From contig OZ024740.1 in the NCBI GenBank assembly GCA_964016885.1, positions 150,536,001 through 150,600,000 on the forward strand: a stretch of DNA of 64,000 bases. The letters run 5' to 3'. The notes beneath the pieces are model-generated. The model did no database searches, was not told where the DNA came from, and saw nothing but the letters and a program-made list of their open reading frames with translations. Positions 50,816 through 63,127 of the stretch are shown piece after piece (the stretch's first letter is position 1; the number at the start of each line of letters is the position of its first letter). Position numbers and translations under genes: made by a program. Source of the stretch: Eledone cirrhosa (lineage: Eukaryota).

Positions 50816-52942
50816 ATGGCTACGAAAAAGAATTTGCATGGGTCACTCCCACTCATTCCGTCTTCTTCTTCCCCAATCGTCACTACAGCAGAGAGAAGAT
50901 TGTCTCTCTCCATCCCTTCTTTAAATGTGTCTCTCTCCCTCCCTTCTTTAAATGTGTCTCTCTCCCTCCCTTCTATTTCGCAAGCGACGAAAGAAAAGAA
51001 AAGTCTCGTGCAAAGCGTGCAAGGTTTCTCCACGACGACGACGACAACGACGAAACAGGTGTGCGGGAAATACGAAAACCCAGTTCATTCGTCTGACGTC
51101 AGGAATAATAGCAGTAGCAGCCGTAATAACAACAGCAACAGTGACAATGAAAACAACAGTAGCAGCCGCCATAGCATCACCAGCAGCATAAACAACAACA
51201 GCATTATCAGCAGCAACACCAACAACAACCACAGCAACAGCGGCGGAGGCAGTAGTCGTAGTACCTGCAGCAACAACAAAAGTAACAGCAGCTCTGACGA
51301 CAACAACAACAACAGCAGCAAAGAAAAACCAATCTCATTTGCAGGTATTGCGAAACACTTGGAAACAATCCTCATAACAAATGAGGAATTAGAGGAAGCG
51401 AAGAAGATGGTGACAAAGAATGGACACCGAGCAATCTGCAAGGCAGCGGAAAAATTTTTCGAAACCCAACAGCACTGTACGGTCACGTACCGTACAGTAA
51501 GTACAAAATCCCGTAGGGTGGAAAGAGCCACAGAGGCTCAAATACAAAAAGGCTTGGGGTCTGTGTGGCAGCGGAAAACGCACATCACCCGAGGCAAAAA
51601 ATATGCCACCGTAGACGTACTTTTTGCCACACCCCAGGAGGCAAAGGCCCAATCCGTAGTGACCCTAAGGAGCGAGGAAATGGTGTTGGTGCCCTCCTAC
51701 TGCGGGCAAAAAATTGTGAGGGTCAAACTGTTTGACCCTCACAATTTTTGTGCTTCTTGGCTGGCCGCGTCTGTCCTCGTCGGAATCGAGGACAAAACAA
51801 CTGTTCTGCAAGTACAGAAAAAAGTAAGAGAAGATTGGGTCGGCACCTCCATTGAGATGCTAATCCAAACCAACCAGGAGTGCATCGAAGCTATCCCGGA
51901 TGTGATAGACTTCGATAACGGCACTCAACTTCCCATAAGTGTTGAGGGAAAACGCCCGAAATGCTTTCGCTGTGGATCGAAGACTCACCTCAGGGCCTTC
52001 TGCAACGAGAAGACCCTGAGAAAGGAGAAAACCCCCCTCCTCCCGAAACCGGCTCCACGGCTACCAGCAACAGGACAAGCGGCAACCAGGAACGATAGGT
52101 CCGTGGCACCCATACCCACGCCACGGAAATCAAAAACAGCAGCAGCAGTGGAAATATTAACAACAACAACAGCAATACCAAATGCAGCTGCAACAGAGAC
52201 TCCAGTGCAAACATCACCAACAACAACAAGTGAAAGAGTGGAGCTGGTACCCCACCCCGACCTCACAGAATCAGACATGGAGTGTGAGGTGGGAGAGGGA
52301 TGGCAAAAGGTCGTAAGAAGGCACAAACGCAGAAGCAGCGCATCGTCGCCTTTGAAAAGGGAGGAAAGAAATGAGAAAAGGGTAAAGTCTACTGTAAAGA
52401 GACCCACAGCAGCAACACCACCAACACCATCACCACCCACACTAGCACCACCATCACCACCGGCGACAACCCCACCGCCAACAACACCTTCAACACCACC
52501 ACCACAAGCACCAACATCGCAAACGCAACAACAAAACACACACACCCAGCAACAACGACAAGAAAATAGCAGAACCACACCCCACCCCCAGAAAAACAAA
52601 TGCACAGCAATAAATACACACAGCAAGAAACTAATGACTTACATAATTGAACACACAGACATTTCACAACACGACTACATAATACCAGCACCAATCAAAA
52701 CGGCAACTAACATAAGACTGCTAAAAATAGCACAGAAACAATACACAAACATTAAAACGAAATTCCCCAACGCAGTTGGTGATTTCAGGGACCTAGGAGG
52801 AACTATCAATCGAAGAGTATATTCAGACATTCTCATAGAAGAGCCAACGACCAGCCGAAGGGACGATTCAACGGTCCCTTCACCAGACGATCAAGTGAAA
52901 AGGGATGTAAAAACCACCCCTCCTCTACCAAAAGTACGGTAA
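50816..52942 (+). CDS. ORF1 of copy C (708 aa, intact; gag-like CCHC protein)
   Basis: CFRCGSKTHLRAFC knuckle; region before it aligns to copy B ORF1 (VTYRT, PSY.G, ISVEGKRP); Ser/Asn- and Pro/Thr-rich tracts; GWQKVVRRHKRR basic patch. Confidence 0.9.
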   Translation: MATKKNLHGSLPLIPSSSSPIVTTAERRLSLSIPSLNVSLSLPSLNVSLSLPSISQATKEKKSLVQSVQGFSTTTTTTTKQVCGKYENPVHSSDVRNNSSSSRNNNSNSDNENNSSSRHSITSSINNNSIISSNTNNNHSNSGGGSSRSTCSNNKSNSSSDDNNNNSSKEKPISFAGIAKHLETILITNEELEEAKKMVTKNGHRAICKAAEKFFETQQHCTVTYRTVSTKSRRVERATEAQIQKGLGSVWQRKTHITRGKKYATVDVLFATPQEAKAQSVVTLRSEEMVLVPSYCGQKIVRVKLFDPHNFCASWLAASVLVGIEDKTTVLQVQKKVREDWVGTSIEMLIQTNQECIEAIPDVIDFDNGTQLPISVEGKRPKCFRCGSKTHLRAFCNEKTLRKEKTPLLPKPAPRLPATGQAATRNDRSVAPIPTPRKSKTAAAVEILTTTTAIPNAAATETPVQTSPTTTSERVELVPHPDLTESDMECEVGEGWQKVVRRHKRRSSASSPLKREERNEKRVKSTVKRPTAATPPTPSPPTLAPPSPPATTPPPTTPSTPPPQAPTSQTQQQNTHTQQQRQENSRTTPHPQKNKCTAINTHSKKLMTYIIEHTDISQHDYIIPAPIKTATNIRLLKIAQKQYTNIKTKFPNAVGDFRDLGGTINRRVYSDILIEEPTTSRRDDSTVPSPDDQVKRDVKTTPPLPKVR

Positions 52943-52977
52943 GTGGTCTTTCCCATCTTTTCCACTCTTTTTTAAAC

Positions 52978-55900
52978 ATGACCTCACTCAGAATAGGCAG
53001 CATAAATGCGCGTGGCTTGGGGTCGTCATGGAAGCAGGGTCACCTGCTCAACGACCTCAGGTCACTAAACATAGATGTAGTGGCCATCAGCGAGACCAGA
53101 ATCTCCGAAGCACGGGCCTTCGCACCGATCTTCGGCGGTTACGATGTGTACGCATCTCCCAGCCGTCCTGGATCGGGGGGAGGAGTTGCTGTGCTTTTTC
53201 GGAGAGGTTTGGATCTCGCCATACGGGCCATCTTCCTGGACCCAGAGGGTAAGCTGGTGGTGCTGGACGTGACCAGCGGAGACGGGCAAGCTTTCAGGCT
53301 AGTGGCCGTCTATGCCCCGACAGGAGCAGGGCGGCCTGATTTCTTCCGGCGTCTGGTGACCTTTCTTGGAACGTCCCACTCTTTAGTGTTAGTGGGCGAC
53401 TGGAACGGGATCTTAGATGCACGCTGGGACTGCGTGGGATTAGCGGATAGGGGTGGAGGGTGCAATAGCCTCACCAACCTGCTCAGGCGTTTTGAACTGT
53501 CTGACAGGTACCGATTGGATTTCCCGAATGTGCCAATGTGGACTTGGACAAATCGCATAGGGTCATCCAGATCATATCTAGATAGAGTATTTTGTAGGGA
53601 AATAGATAGGTCTAGCATAGGCTGTCCACAATTCAAGATAGTCAGCTACACGGACCACAAATTCGTGATCTGTGTGCTTGACTTAGATAGGCTTCATAGA
53701 CGAGGACCCGGCTACTGGAAGCTAAACGCGTCCTTACCAGCGCGCAAGGCCTACAGAGACCGGATTAGCGAACTAGTTAAGCGGGCGTTGACGGGGGCCA
53801 TCGTCAACAACAAGTGGTGGTTTGCTCTGAAAAGAGCGATTAGAATAGAATCCATTAGGTTTAGTAAGGCTTTAGCAATAGAGAAAAATAGAGCAGAGGG
53901 AGAACTAGTTAGAAAATTAGACGAGGCGCTTAGCAAAGGCATTGCGACCGACGTGCTTGCGGCGAAATTGGCCCTTGACCAATTCTTCAATGCAAAGCAC
54001 GAAGGCTGCGTTGTCAGAGCAAGGGTGCGTGCTCTCAGAAACGAGGGGACGAAAGCCGTTCAATGGGCCCGAGTGGCGGAGGCGCGTCGTGGCAACAAAG
54101 CCACGATCCGGTCTTTGGTGGACCACGACGGGCGCATGCTACTCGATCCCGGGAAAATGTGTGAAGCTTTTCAGCGACACTTCGCTCAGCTGTTCGGGGG
54201 CAGCGGTGGGCCGGGTCGAGGGATGGACTTTAGTGTCTACCTCGACGGACTGCCGCGGCTCTCGGCCACTGAGGCGAAGTGTTGCGAAAAGCCGACAACA
54301 GCCGCTGAAGTAAGGGAGGCAATGACTGGCTGCACAAGGGGTAAATCGCCTGGTTTGGATGGTCTGCCCTATGAACTTTACGTACAGATGCCAGACTTGT
54401 TCGGAGGCCTCTTGGCGGACGTCTATTGCAACTGGCAACAGAAAGGGAGAATTCCCAGTTCTGTGAGCCGAGGAGCGGTGGCACTGTTGAGAAAGGATCC
54501 GAACAAGGGGGATAACATAGATAATTTCCGGCCCATAACTCTGCTAAACACAGAGTTCAAGATTTTGACCAAGGTGCTAGCAAAGAGGTTGGCGCTTGTC
54601 GTTGGTGGTCTGGTGGGAGAGGCGCTGACATGCGCCATTCCCGACAGATCCATCCACGACAACCTCCACCTCATGCGATACATCGTAGAGAGGGTAGCTA
54701 AGGAACCTGGCACGGGTGGGTCCTTGATCAATTTAGATCAGTCGAAAGCTTTCGATAGGGTCGACCATCGTTACCTAGCGGCAGTCCTGAGGGCGGCTGG
54801 CTTTGGGCGCGTCTTCAGAGGCTGGATCGCTGCCATGCACAGCGACATCTGCTCTGTGGTGAGAGTGAACGGTCACCTGTCGGAACCGTTCAACATCATG
54901 CGCTCGGTCCGCCAAGGATGTCCCCTCTCGTCCCTCTTGTACGTATTGACTCTCGAGCCATTACTGCACAAACTGGAGACGTTGAGGGGAGTCCCGCGCG
55001 AACTAGGATGCGGAAGATCCGTGTCAGCATATGCGGACGATGTCACCGTAGTGGTGTCGAACGCCAAACACCTCGAGGCGATCGGCACTACACTAAGAGA
55101 ATATGAAGCGGTGACAGGAGCAATGATCAACCAGGAAAAGTGAGTGGGCCTGCAGCTCGGCACCTGGAGAGGCAGGTCCATGCCGTCCAACAGCGTCGTC
55201 GGACGCTGGACGGACGGACCGGTTAAATTGCTAGGGGTCTGGTTCGGTCCGGACCTCCAGACGGACAAAAATTGGGACGAGGTGACGAGCAGGGTGGCTT
55301 CTCTCACCCAGAAATGGGCCGAGAGGAAGCTATCCCTGAAAGGTCGAGCGGAGGTGGCTAACGCGTACATCGCGTCTGTCATCTGCTACCGCCTGACCGT
55401 CGTACCTTGTCCTAAGCCTCGCCTGACTGCGCTGGAGCGTTTGCTCTTTCGCTTTTTGTGGAAAGGACGCGCTCCGATGGTCAGGCGGTCCATCTGTTGT
55501 CAACACCCGCTACGTGGAGGGCTGGGCATGCCGTGGCTGATGATGCGCAGGCACGCGCTCAGGCTACGACATCTCCACCTCTTCCTCGACGGTGATCAGG
55601 TGTGGTCGCCGTTTACTAGACACGTATTTCCCCAGCTCGTTTCCTTGACGGAGCTGCAGTCCTGGGTCAAGCGAAGACCGAGAGGGAGCGCATGGAGACT
55701 GGAATGTCTTCAGGCGCTCACAGCCATCGACCAATCGGGCAATGTGATCGGTGGAAACTCCACCTCGGCGTTCTATAGAGGATTAGTGGAGTGGAAGAGC
55801 GACGACGTACTTGGGGAAACTCTAGGCGTCGACGAAAATCAACTAGCCAATCTCTTTGGAAGAACTTTCGGGCCAGGGCCTATGGACAACTTCCAGAAAT

Positions 55901-56397
55901 CCCTGGCCTGGTAGTGCTACCGAGGAGCCTTGCCAGTTCGGGATAAACTCTACAGGCATGGAGGTGCCGTCAGCCGGGCATGTCCGAGATGCGCGCAGGG
56001 CGACGAAACCGTCCTGCACGCACTCGTCCAGTGTCCGAAAATTGCTGACTTGTGGGTTTATGTCGAACACCTGCTGTCGCGTGTAGGACGGATCCGGCTA
56101 TCATCTGAGTCCATCGTGAGGATTGCCCCGCCCTCCTCCTTTAGCCGGGAAGGGCAGGCAGTTTTTATCTGTCTGGTGGCCATGGCGAAAGAGATAGTAT
56201 GGTGGACACGTTTGAAAGGGCTGAAGACGAGCACTTACCTCTTCGGTGATGCTCTGATTGACTTTTTCAAATTTCATTTGAAAAAGAAAATCAGAGTAGA
56301 GAGGGAAGTGCTCTCTTCCCAGCATTTTGTTGAAAGATGGGTGAGAGAAGCAAGAATGGCCCGAGTGAATGGGCCTACTCTGAGTATATATCTGTAA
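52978..56397 (+). pseudogene. ORF2 of copy C (APE-RT-CCHC), single frame with two nonsense codons
   Basis: All motifs including YADD present. TGA 55141-55143 (Ser in copy B) and TAG 55912-55914 (Gln in copies A and B); no frameshift. Confidence 0.93.
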
Positions 56398-56678
56398 ATT
56401 AAAGGTGGAAAACTGGGAGAGGGCACTTGCCTTGGTGGTCAGGGTCATTGTGGCTTTTTACTGGGCTTTCTCCACAAATGTCCCTGCGAAGTCTCCCCCC
56501 TATTGGGGAATTTTTCATTGTTATTTTCATTGTTATTTTTGTTACATCCTCTGTTTTTGTTTTTTACACGCAGAAATGCCCATTTGTACCGTCCTGTATT
56601 GTCCTGCACTGTCCTTAATGTCTACTTTATGTAAACCCTTGTGGTTAATAAAGAAATCATTATTATTATTATTATTAT

Positions 56679-56712
<34 letters not shown>

Positions 56713-58287
56713 TTCTAACGTTGGCAACATCTCTTCAAATTCACGTAGAAAGACAAGTCCTAGTCGATGAGTAAATCAAACATTCTGAACAAGAAAGAAT
56801 ATGATATTTCTGGTAAATATGTATTTGTTAATTATTGACGAAACTGCGGATGTAAATAGACATTAATTTACTTGATTACTTCTACGTGCTACCATATCCC
56901 AGCACATTACACATACACTAGACACCATAAACATGATCACCTCTAACCCTACCACCACCATCACCACCACCACGGTAGCTGCCACGGCCACCACTATAAC
57001 AACAACATCCATCATTACCATTACCTTCATCATTATGACTACCTTACAAACGACCAATCCCGCACCCGTTACCATCATTCCCAGTCGACAACATTACTTT
57101 CATGTGAACTTGTGATGCCAAACTGGACATTGGCCAGACTACAAAGAGAACATACATACACATATATACATACGCACACATGCTCACGCACACCTGCACG
57201 TGCACACGCACATACAAATACACTAAATGAACGTGGTGGTTAATATACATTGAGAATACCAACAGAAATAGAATTTTTGTTATTAAGGTGTCGACAGTAT
57301 TCTGCTGTATGAGTGGTCCATACGGCTTATTGTGGGCTAGTGGTGTCGTTGTGGCACGGTCGTGGACATGGCTTGTCTTGGACATTTTAAATCTAACAGA
57401 ACCCATCCCTCCCCAGGTCTGAAAATAGACGAGTCTTTCTAGAAAAAGAGAGCGAAAACGCGAGAAAGAAAGTTTGAAAACAGAAATAGAAGAAGAATGG
57501 CATCTAGTACTGGACAGGTACTTTCTTTTATCGAACTGGAATGGATGAAAGGAAAAGTTGACCTTATCGTGATTTGACCTATGAACATAGATATCCGGAA
57601 CAAATACCACAAAGTTTTCGACTTTCTAATGTTCAATTCGCCACCCTTATTTTAAACATTTTCACACCACCATCTACTTGCTTCTAACAGCCGATAAAAT
57701 ATACTCTACCCATACATCTTAACTATGCATATTGAAATTTGTTCAACTAAACTACTTGATATTTACGTAACATGGCCAACGACACTTCACAATACTAATG
57801 AAAAGATATGGACCAATAACAATTGAGTTCATTTTACCAAATTCTATCGACAAATATTGAAAATTGGCAGAGTTAATAGGGCGTCGGATTAAATATCGTG
57901 CGGTATTTCTTCCTGATATCTGCACTCTAAGTTAAAATCTCGCTGAAATCAATATTGGCTTTCATCCTTTCAGTGTCAGGGGATCCATAGCGGTGAATTC
58001 ATGGAAATGTTAGAGAGAGAGAGAAGGGGAGGGGGGTGAGGGGTTAAGGGTGAGAGACAGGATGCAGAGAGAGATTGGAGGAGGGAGAGAGAGAAGTAAA
58101 GTGCACAAAGTAGTCATTGCTAATGTAGGTTTCAATACACTTGTTCCATAAGCTTTACTGTAGATATTGCATGCAAAATTCGAAGTTACTCAGTGATTCG
58201 CAGTCTACTCCTGAAAATAAGTAGAAACTACGTAATATGACGGCTGCAGCCACCCATCGGAGCCCTGAATCTCTTTATATATAAGAA

Positions 58288-59443
58288 GGTAAGTCCATAG
58301 AATCATTTGATAAAATATATACAGTATTTCTTCTCCCAATCAGCATAATCATCCACATAAAAAATCATTTAAACGAGGCTATAAGTTTAAAATGAACATA
58401 TGAAGAAATAATAGATAAATAAATGATAGCTATTTTATCCGCAATCCACAGCCATAGAAGATTTACCTAGTATTTCTGATAGCCTGTAGAAATTGACTAG
58501 ACATATAGTTAACCATACATAATTAGGTACAAAATCAAAGTTAGAAGAAAAAATGTACATAAACATACCAAAATTATATCTCTACCCCCGGAGTTTCATT
58601 CGCTTTTTGGAAATATCCTATCATGGATAAATCAACGAGTTTCGAAATCATCAGGAGACAAACTCAATTGGACAAAGATTTTTCTTAAATGATCCCCGCC
58701 AGAAACGAATTCAAAATGGCTAAGAACTGTCACATGGCCAGTGGTCAAGTCAGAAAGCTTGTGATTGGTGCCTGAAGCCGAGTAGGCTGGTTGCTAGAAA
58801 GCGCAGCCGAATACTGCATAAAGTTTTACTCAACCTTACGGGAGTATATAAAATATAGAAGTTTACTTACACATAAACTAGACAGAGTCTTAGATATATA
58901 TATATATATGTTTTAGGCAACCATTCACGGTGTGGCTCAATGACGAATTAATTAATTAAATAATCAACAATCAGAGTAATATATAAGAAAGTAAGTCCAT
59001 AGAATCATTTGATATGATTTTGGTATGTTTATGTACATTTTTTCTTCTAACTTTGATTTTGTACCTAATTATGTATGGTTAACTATATGTCTAGTCAATT
59101 TCTACGGGCTATCAGAAATACTAGGTAAATCTTTTGTGGCTGTGAATCACGGATAAAAAGCTATCATTTATTTATCTATTATTTCTTCATAAGTATATTT
59201 TAAACTTATAGCCTCGTTTAAATGAGTTTTTATGTGGTTGATTATGCTGATTGGGAGGAGAAATACTGTATATATTTTATCTAATGATTCTATGGACTTA
59301 CTTTCTTATATATTGCTCTGATTGTTGATTATTTAATTAATTAATTCGTCATTGAGCCACACCGTGAATGGTTGCCTAAAACATATATATATATATATAT
59401 ATATCTAAGGCTCTGTCTAGTTTATGTGTATGTAAACTTCTAT

Positions 59444-59484
<41 letters not shown>

Positions 59485-59545
59485 AGTTTACATACACATA
59501 AACTAGACAGAGCCTTAGATATATATATGTTTTAGGCAACCATTC

Positions 59546-59550
<5 letters not shown>
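58288..59550. repeat. Complex nested inverted repeats embedded in (TA)n; probable Penelope-like terminal sequences
   Basis: About 58290-58580 is inverted at 59011-59301; about 58846-59014 at 59278-59450; 59479-59547 at 59367-59444. Confidence 0.8.
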
Positions 59551-59586
<36 letters not shown>

Positions 59587-59654
59587 TATAAACAAGCAGA
59601 TTATAAATGTAAAATTGTAAGTATGTTTTTGAAACGGTGCGCGAGTTTGAAAAT

Positions 59655-60090
59655 TAGAAATTAGAAATTATAAGCTTTCACCGTATTTTAGACTAAAGAA
59701 ATTTCTAGCCTGATAGTGGGGTTTATAACCCTCGGAGAAATGGAAAAAGATGAGTGTTACCGTACATGGGAGTCAAACCCACATCTTTGGTTATCCAGAC
59801 CAATGTGCTACCATTACACCAATACACACCCCGTCTCCTTCCATTCGAATTAGAAGCTATGAACTTAGCAAGTGAATGATAAACAAGCAGATTATAAATG
59901 TAAACATGTAAGGATGTGTATTGGTGTAATGGTAGCACATTGGTCTGGATAACCAAATATGTGGGTTCGACTCCCATGTACGGCAACACTCATCTTTTTC
60001 CATTTCTCCGAGGGTTATAAACCCCACTATCAGGCTAGAAATTTCTTTAGTCTAAAATACGGTGAAAGCTAATAATTTCTAATTTCTAAA
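59655..60090. repeat. Foldback element with about 175-bp arms, each containing a tRNA-like sequence
   Basis: 59655-59830 is the reverse complement of 59913-60090; flanked by (TA)n. Confidence 0.88.
59915..59985 (+). pseudogene. tRNA-like cloverleaf (GGA at the anticodon position), repeat-borne; mirror copy at 59758-59828 minus
   Basis: D stem GTGT/GCAC, anticodon stem TTGGT/ACCAA with 7-nt loop CTGGATA, T arm GTGGG-TTCGACT-CCCAT; acceptor stem only partly paired. Confidence 0.6.
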
Positions 60091-60959
60091 ATACATATAT
60101 ATATATATATATAGCCAGAAAATAACTGGCCTTGAGACAAAATTAGAAACCGTTTTAAGTGTTTAGGAATACATTAACTGTATACTGCGTCCTTCCATCT
60201 TTTTAAAAGCGTGGAGTATGAATTGAGTGAATTATAGATGCTACTTCCAGCGTGTTAAGCATCCACTTAGACACTTAGACACTGTTATTGCATACGCTCG
60301 TTTTTGCTTTGGAATGAACCTTCGTCGATTTTGAAGATGAGTTTTACCGTTATTTGATCAACGGAACAGCCTAATGTATAACTGAAACTAATGTATAACT
60401 GGCTGAACATTCCACCGACACGTATATTCTCAACGCAATTCCCAGGAGTCCAGCGAGACACAGTGTACCACAAATCTAAATTACCACAGCTACAGACCAT
60501 CTAACGAACTTCTGAACAGTTTCCGTCTAACCAATTTCACTCACAAGGCTTGGGTAGATACGAGGCTTATGTTAAATGACGCATTTGGAACGAACCCGGG
60601 CTCGAATGATTGCGAAACAAACATCTTAACCATTCAGCTTTAATTCTCTATTGAAATGCTGTGTACTTCTGAAAGAAAATAAATGAGAGAGGTGTGGGAC
60701 AAAATACCCGTTTCCAGTGGAATTTTTTTTCATTGTAGAATAAAAACCCTGGTTGACATCTGGTGAACGTTTTAATTAATCTAATTAAATTGTTTCTTTG
60801 TAACATGTTTACTTTTCCCTCCCTCTCTTTTTGTCCCCCTCTCTCATTCTCTCTCTGTTGCTCTTCCTCTCCCGCTCTTTTCTTTTTTTTCGCTCTTTAT
60901 TTAACATATGCGTCTAATGAGGCATACATACAAAAGAAAAAGGGTGCAGTATGCGTGTA

Positions 60960-61307
60960 TTAGCTGTGTATCTGTGTGTGAGTGCGTGTGTATTTTGGTA
61001 TGTTTGGGTGTATGCAAGCTCCAGCGTGTGTATGTATTTGTGTGTGTGTCTGTGTATATATTGTTGCGCGTGTTTGTATATGTTTGCGTATGTTTATATA
61101 TATATGTGAATGTGTCAGTGTGTGTGTATGTGCATTTCTGTCTATATATGAATGCGTAAGTGTTTGTGTCTGTTGTGTGTATATGAGTACATGAGTGTTT
61201 ATGTGTGTTTGTATATGTGAGTACGTGTGTTTTTCTATGTGTCTGTCTGTATGTTGATACGTGTGTGTTTCTGTGTCTTTATATATATATATATAATATA
61301 TTATATA

Positions 61308-61389
<82 letters not shown>

Positions 61390-61810
61390 GAGTGCGTGTG
61401 TATTTGTGTATGTCACTATATATGTGAGTGTGCGTGTGATTATGTGCATCTATGTATATGTGTGCATGTATGTTTGCGTGAATCTGTGCATAGTTTTATG
61501 TGTGTTTGTAAGTGATTGTACGTCTATGTGCTACTGAGTGTGCCTATGTTTGTGTGTGTGTGATAGATTATTTGCCTGTGCGGGTATGTGTGTGCGTTTC
61601 TTTATGCGTGCTTGTGTGTGTAATTGAGTGTGTCTATGTATATGTTTGTGTATGACTGTGTGTGTGTGTGTGTGTGTGTGTATTTATTAGTGCTTCTCTG
61701 TGTGTTTCTGAGTGTGTGTTTTTGTGTGTGGTGGGAGGGGAGAGAATGAGAGAGTATATGCGTATTTGGTTATGTGTATGTGTGTACGTACGTGCGTGTG
61801 AGAGCATGCG
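60960..61810. repeat. Degenerate (TG)n/(TA)n tract
   Basis: Direct reading. Confidence 0.92.
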
Positions 61811-61984
61811 TGCGGGTGTTTGCCTCAGGTGAGACCCGATATACAGTGTCACAGGGTACAATTCTCAAGAGGAATGCCAGGTGGAGTAACGTTGCCTGGT
61901 GCCGTGGGGCTGTGGTTGTGAGGAGGAATTTTAGCTTTGAATATTATTCATCCTCGAAGTTGGCAGAATTTTTCTATGTTCGAT

Positions 61985-62720
61985 CATTATTATTATATCA
62001 ACATCACCATCATCACTATAATATCATCATCAGCTCAATCATCATCATCATCATCATCATCATCACCACCACCACCATCATTATATCATCATCATCGTCA
62101 TCATCATCATTATATAAATATTACTATCACCACATCATTATATCACCATCATCACCATCATCATCACGACCACCATCATTATACCATCATCATCACCACC
62201 ACCATTATATCATCATCATCATCATCACCACCATTATACCATCATTATATCATCATCATCGTCATCATCATCATTATATAAATATTACTATCACCACATC
62301 ATTATATCACCATCATCACCATCATCATCACCACCACCATCATTATATCATCTTCATCACCACCACCACCACCACCACCACCATTATATCATCATCATCA
62401 CCACCACCATTATATCATCATCATCATCACCACCATTATACCATCATTATATCATCATCATCGTCACATCATCATTATATAAATATTACTATCACCACAT
62501 CATCATCATCATCATCATTATATAAATATTACTCACCACATCATCATCATCATCATTATATAAATATTACTATCACCACCGTCATTATATCATCAATATC
62601 GTCCTCCTCATTATTTTATCATCATTATCATCATCATCTTTATATACATGTTATATAAATATTATCATCGTTATCATTTTAACATCAACATCGTCGTCAT
62701 TATTATTATATCATTAATAT
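61985..62720. repeat. (CAT/CAC/TAT) low-complexity tract with a higher-order unit
   Basis: CATTATATAAATATTACT(ATC)ACCAC recurs about 5 times among trinucleotide runs. Confidence 0.9.
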
Positions 62721-62730
62721 AATTGTTTCT

Positions 62731-62902
62731 AATTTAAGCTCAAGGCCAGCAATTACCCAGTACATTACTGGTACTTTATTTTATCGACCCCGTAAGGTTG
62801 AAAGGCAAAGTTAACCTCGGCGGGATTTGAACTCAGATCATAAAGGGACGTAACTATGCTAGAAAGCATGGCGTCTGACCCTCTACTGATACTGCCAATC
62901 CA
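62731..62902 (-). mobile_element. Dominant SINE copy
   Basis: Reverse complement of the family consensus. Confidence 0.9.
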
Positions 62903-63127
62903 CAATAATTATTATCATCATCACTATCGTCCATTTTATACTCCTAGCATCAGTATCATCGGTGGCAACATCAATATTATTTATTAAATATATCTATATC
63001 ATCATTGTCGTCACCACCCCACAACCACTAACATTACCACCAGCACCTACTTCATCACAACCAACCCCCCCTCCTCCTCCTCATCATCATCATTAATGAT
63101 GGTGGTGGTGGTGGCAGTAGTATTAGT

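Larger units (their letters stand above)
50601..56658 (+). mobile_element. Full-length Tx1-like non-LTR retrotransposon, copy C (third family)
   Basis: 5' UTR 50601-50815, ORF1, ORF2, 3' UTR with AATAAA; (TTA)n at 50576-50600 and 56659-56680. Confidence 0.95.

Noticed and set aside
55141-55143. In-frame TGA (and TAG at 55912) in copy C ORF2 as programmed readthrough or selenocysteine
   Set aside because: The positions are Ser (TCA) and Gln (CAG) in sister copies, one base from the stops; ordinary nonsense mutations are simpler.
56720-56865. Short hAT-like peptide (LIIDETADVNRH) after copy C
   Set aside because: Too short and decayed to delimit as a feature.
59915-59985. Functional tRNA-Ser(GGA) gene
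   Set aside because: Acceptor stem is unpaired at the first two positions, there is no long Ser variable arm, and it lies within a foldback repeat.
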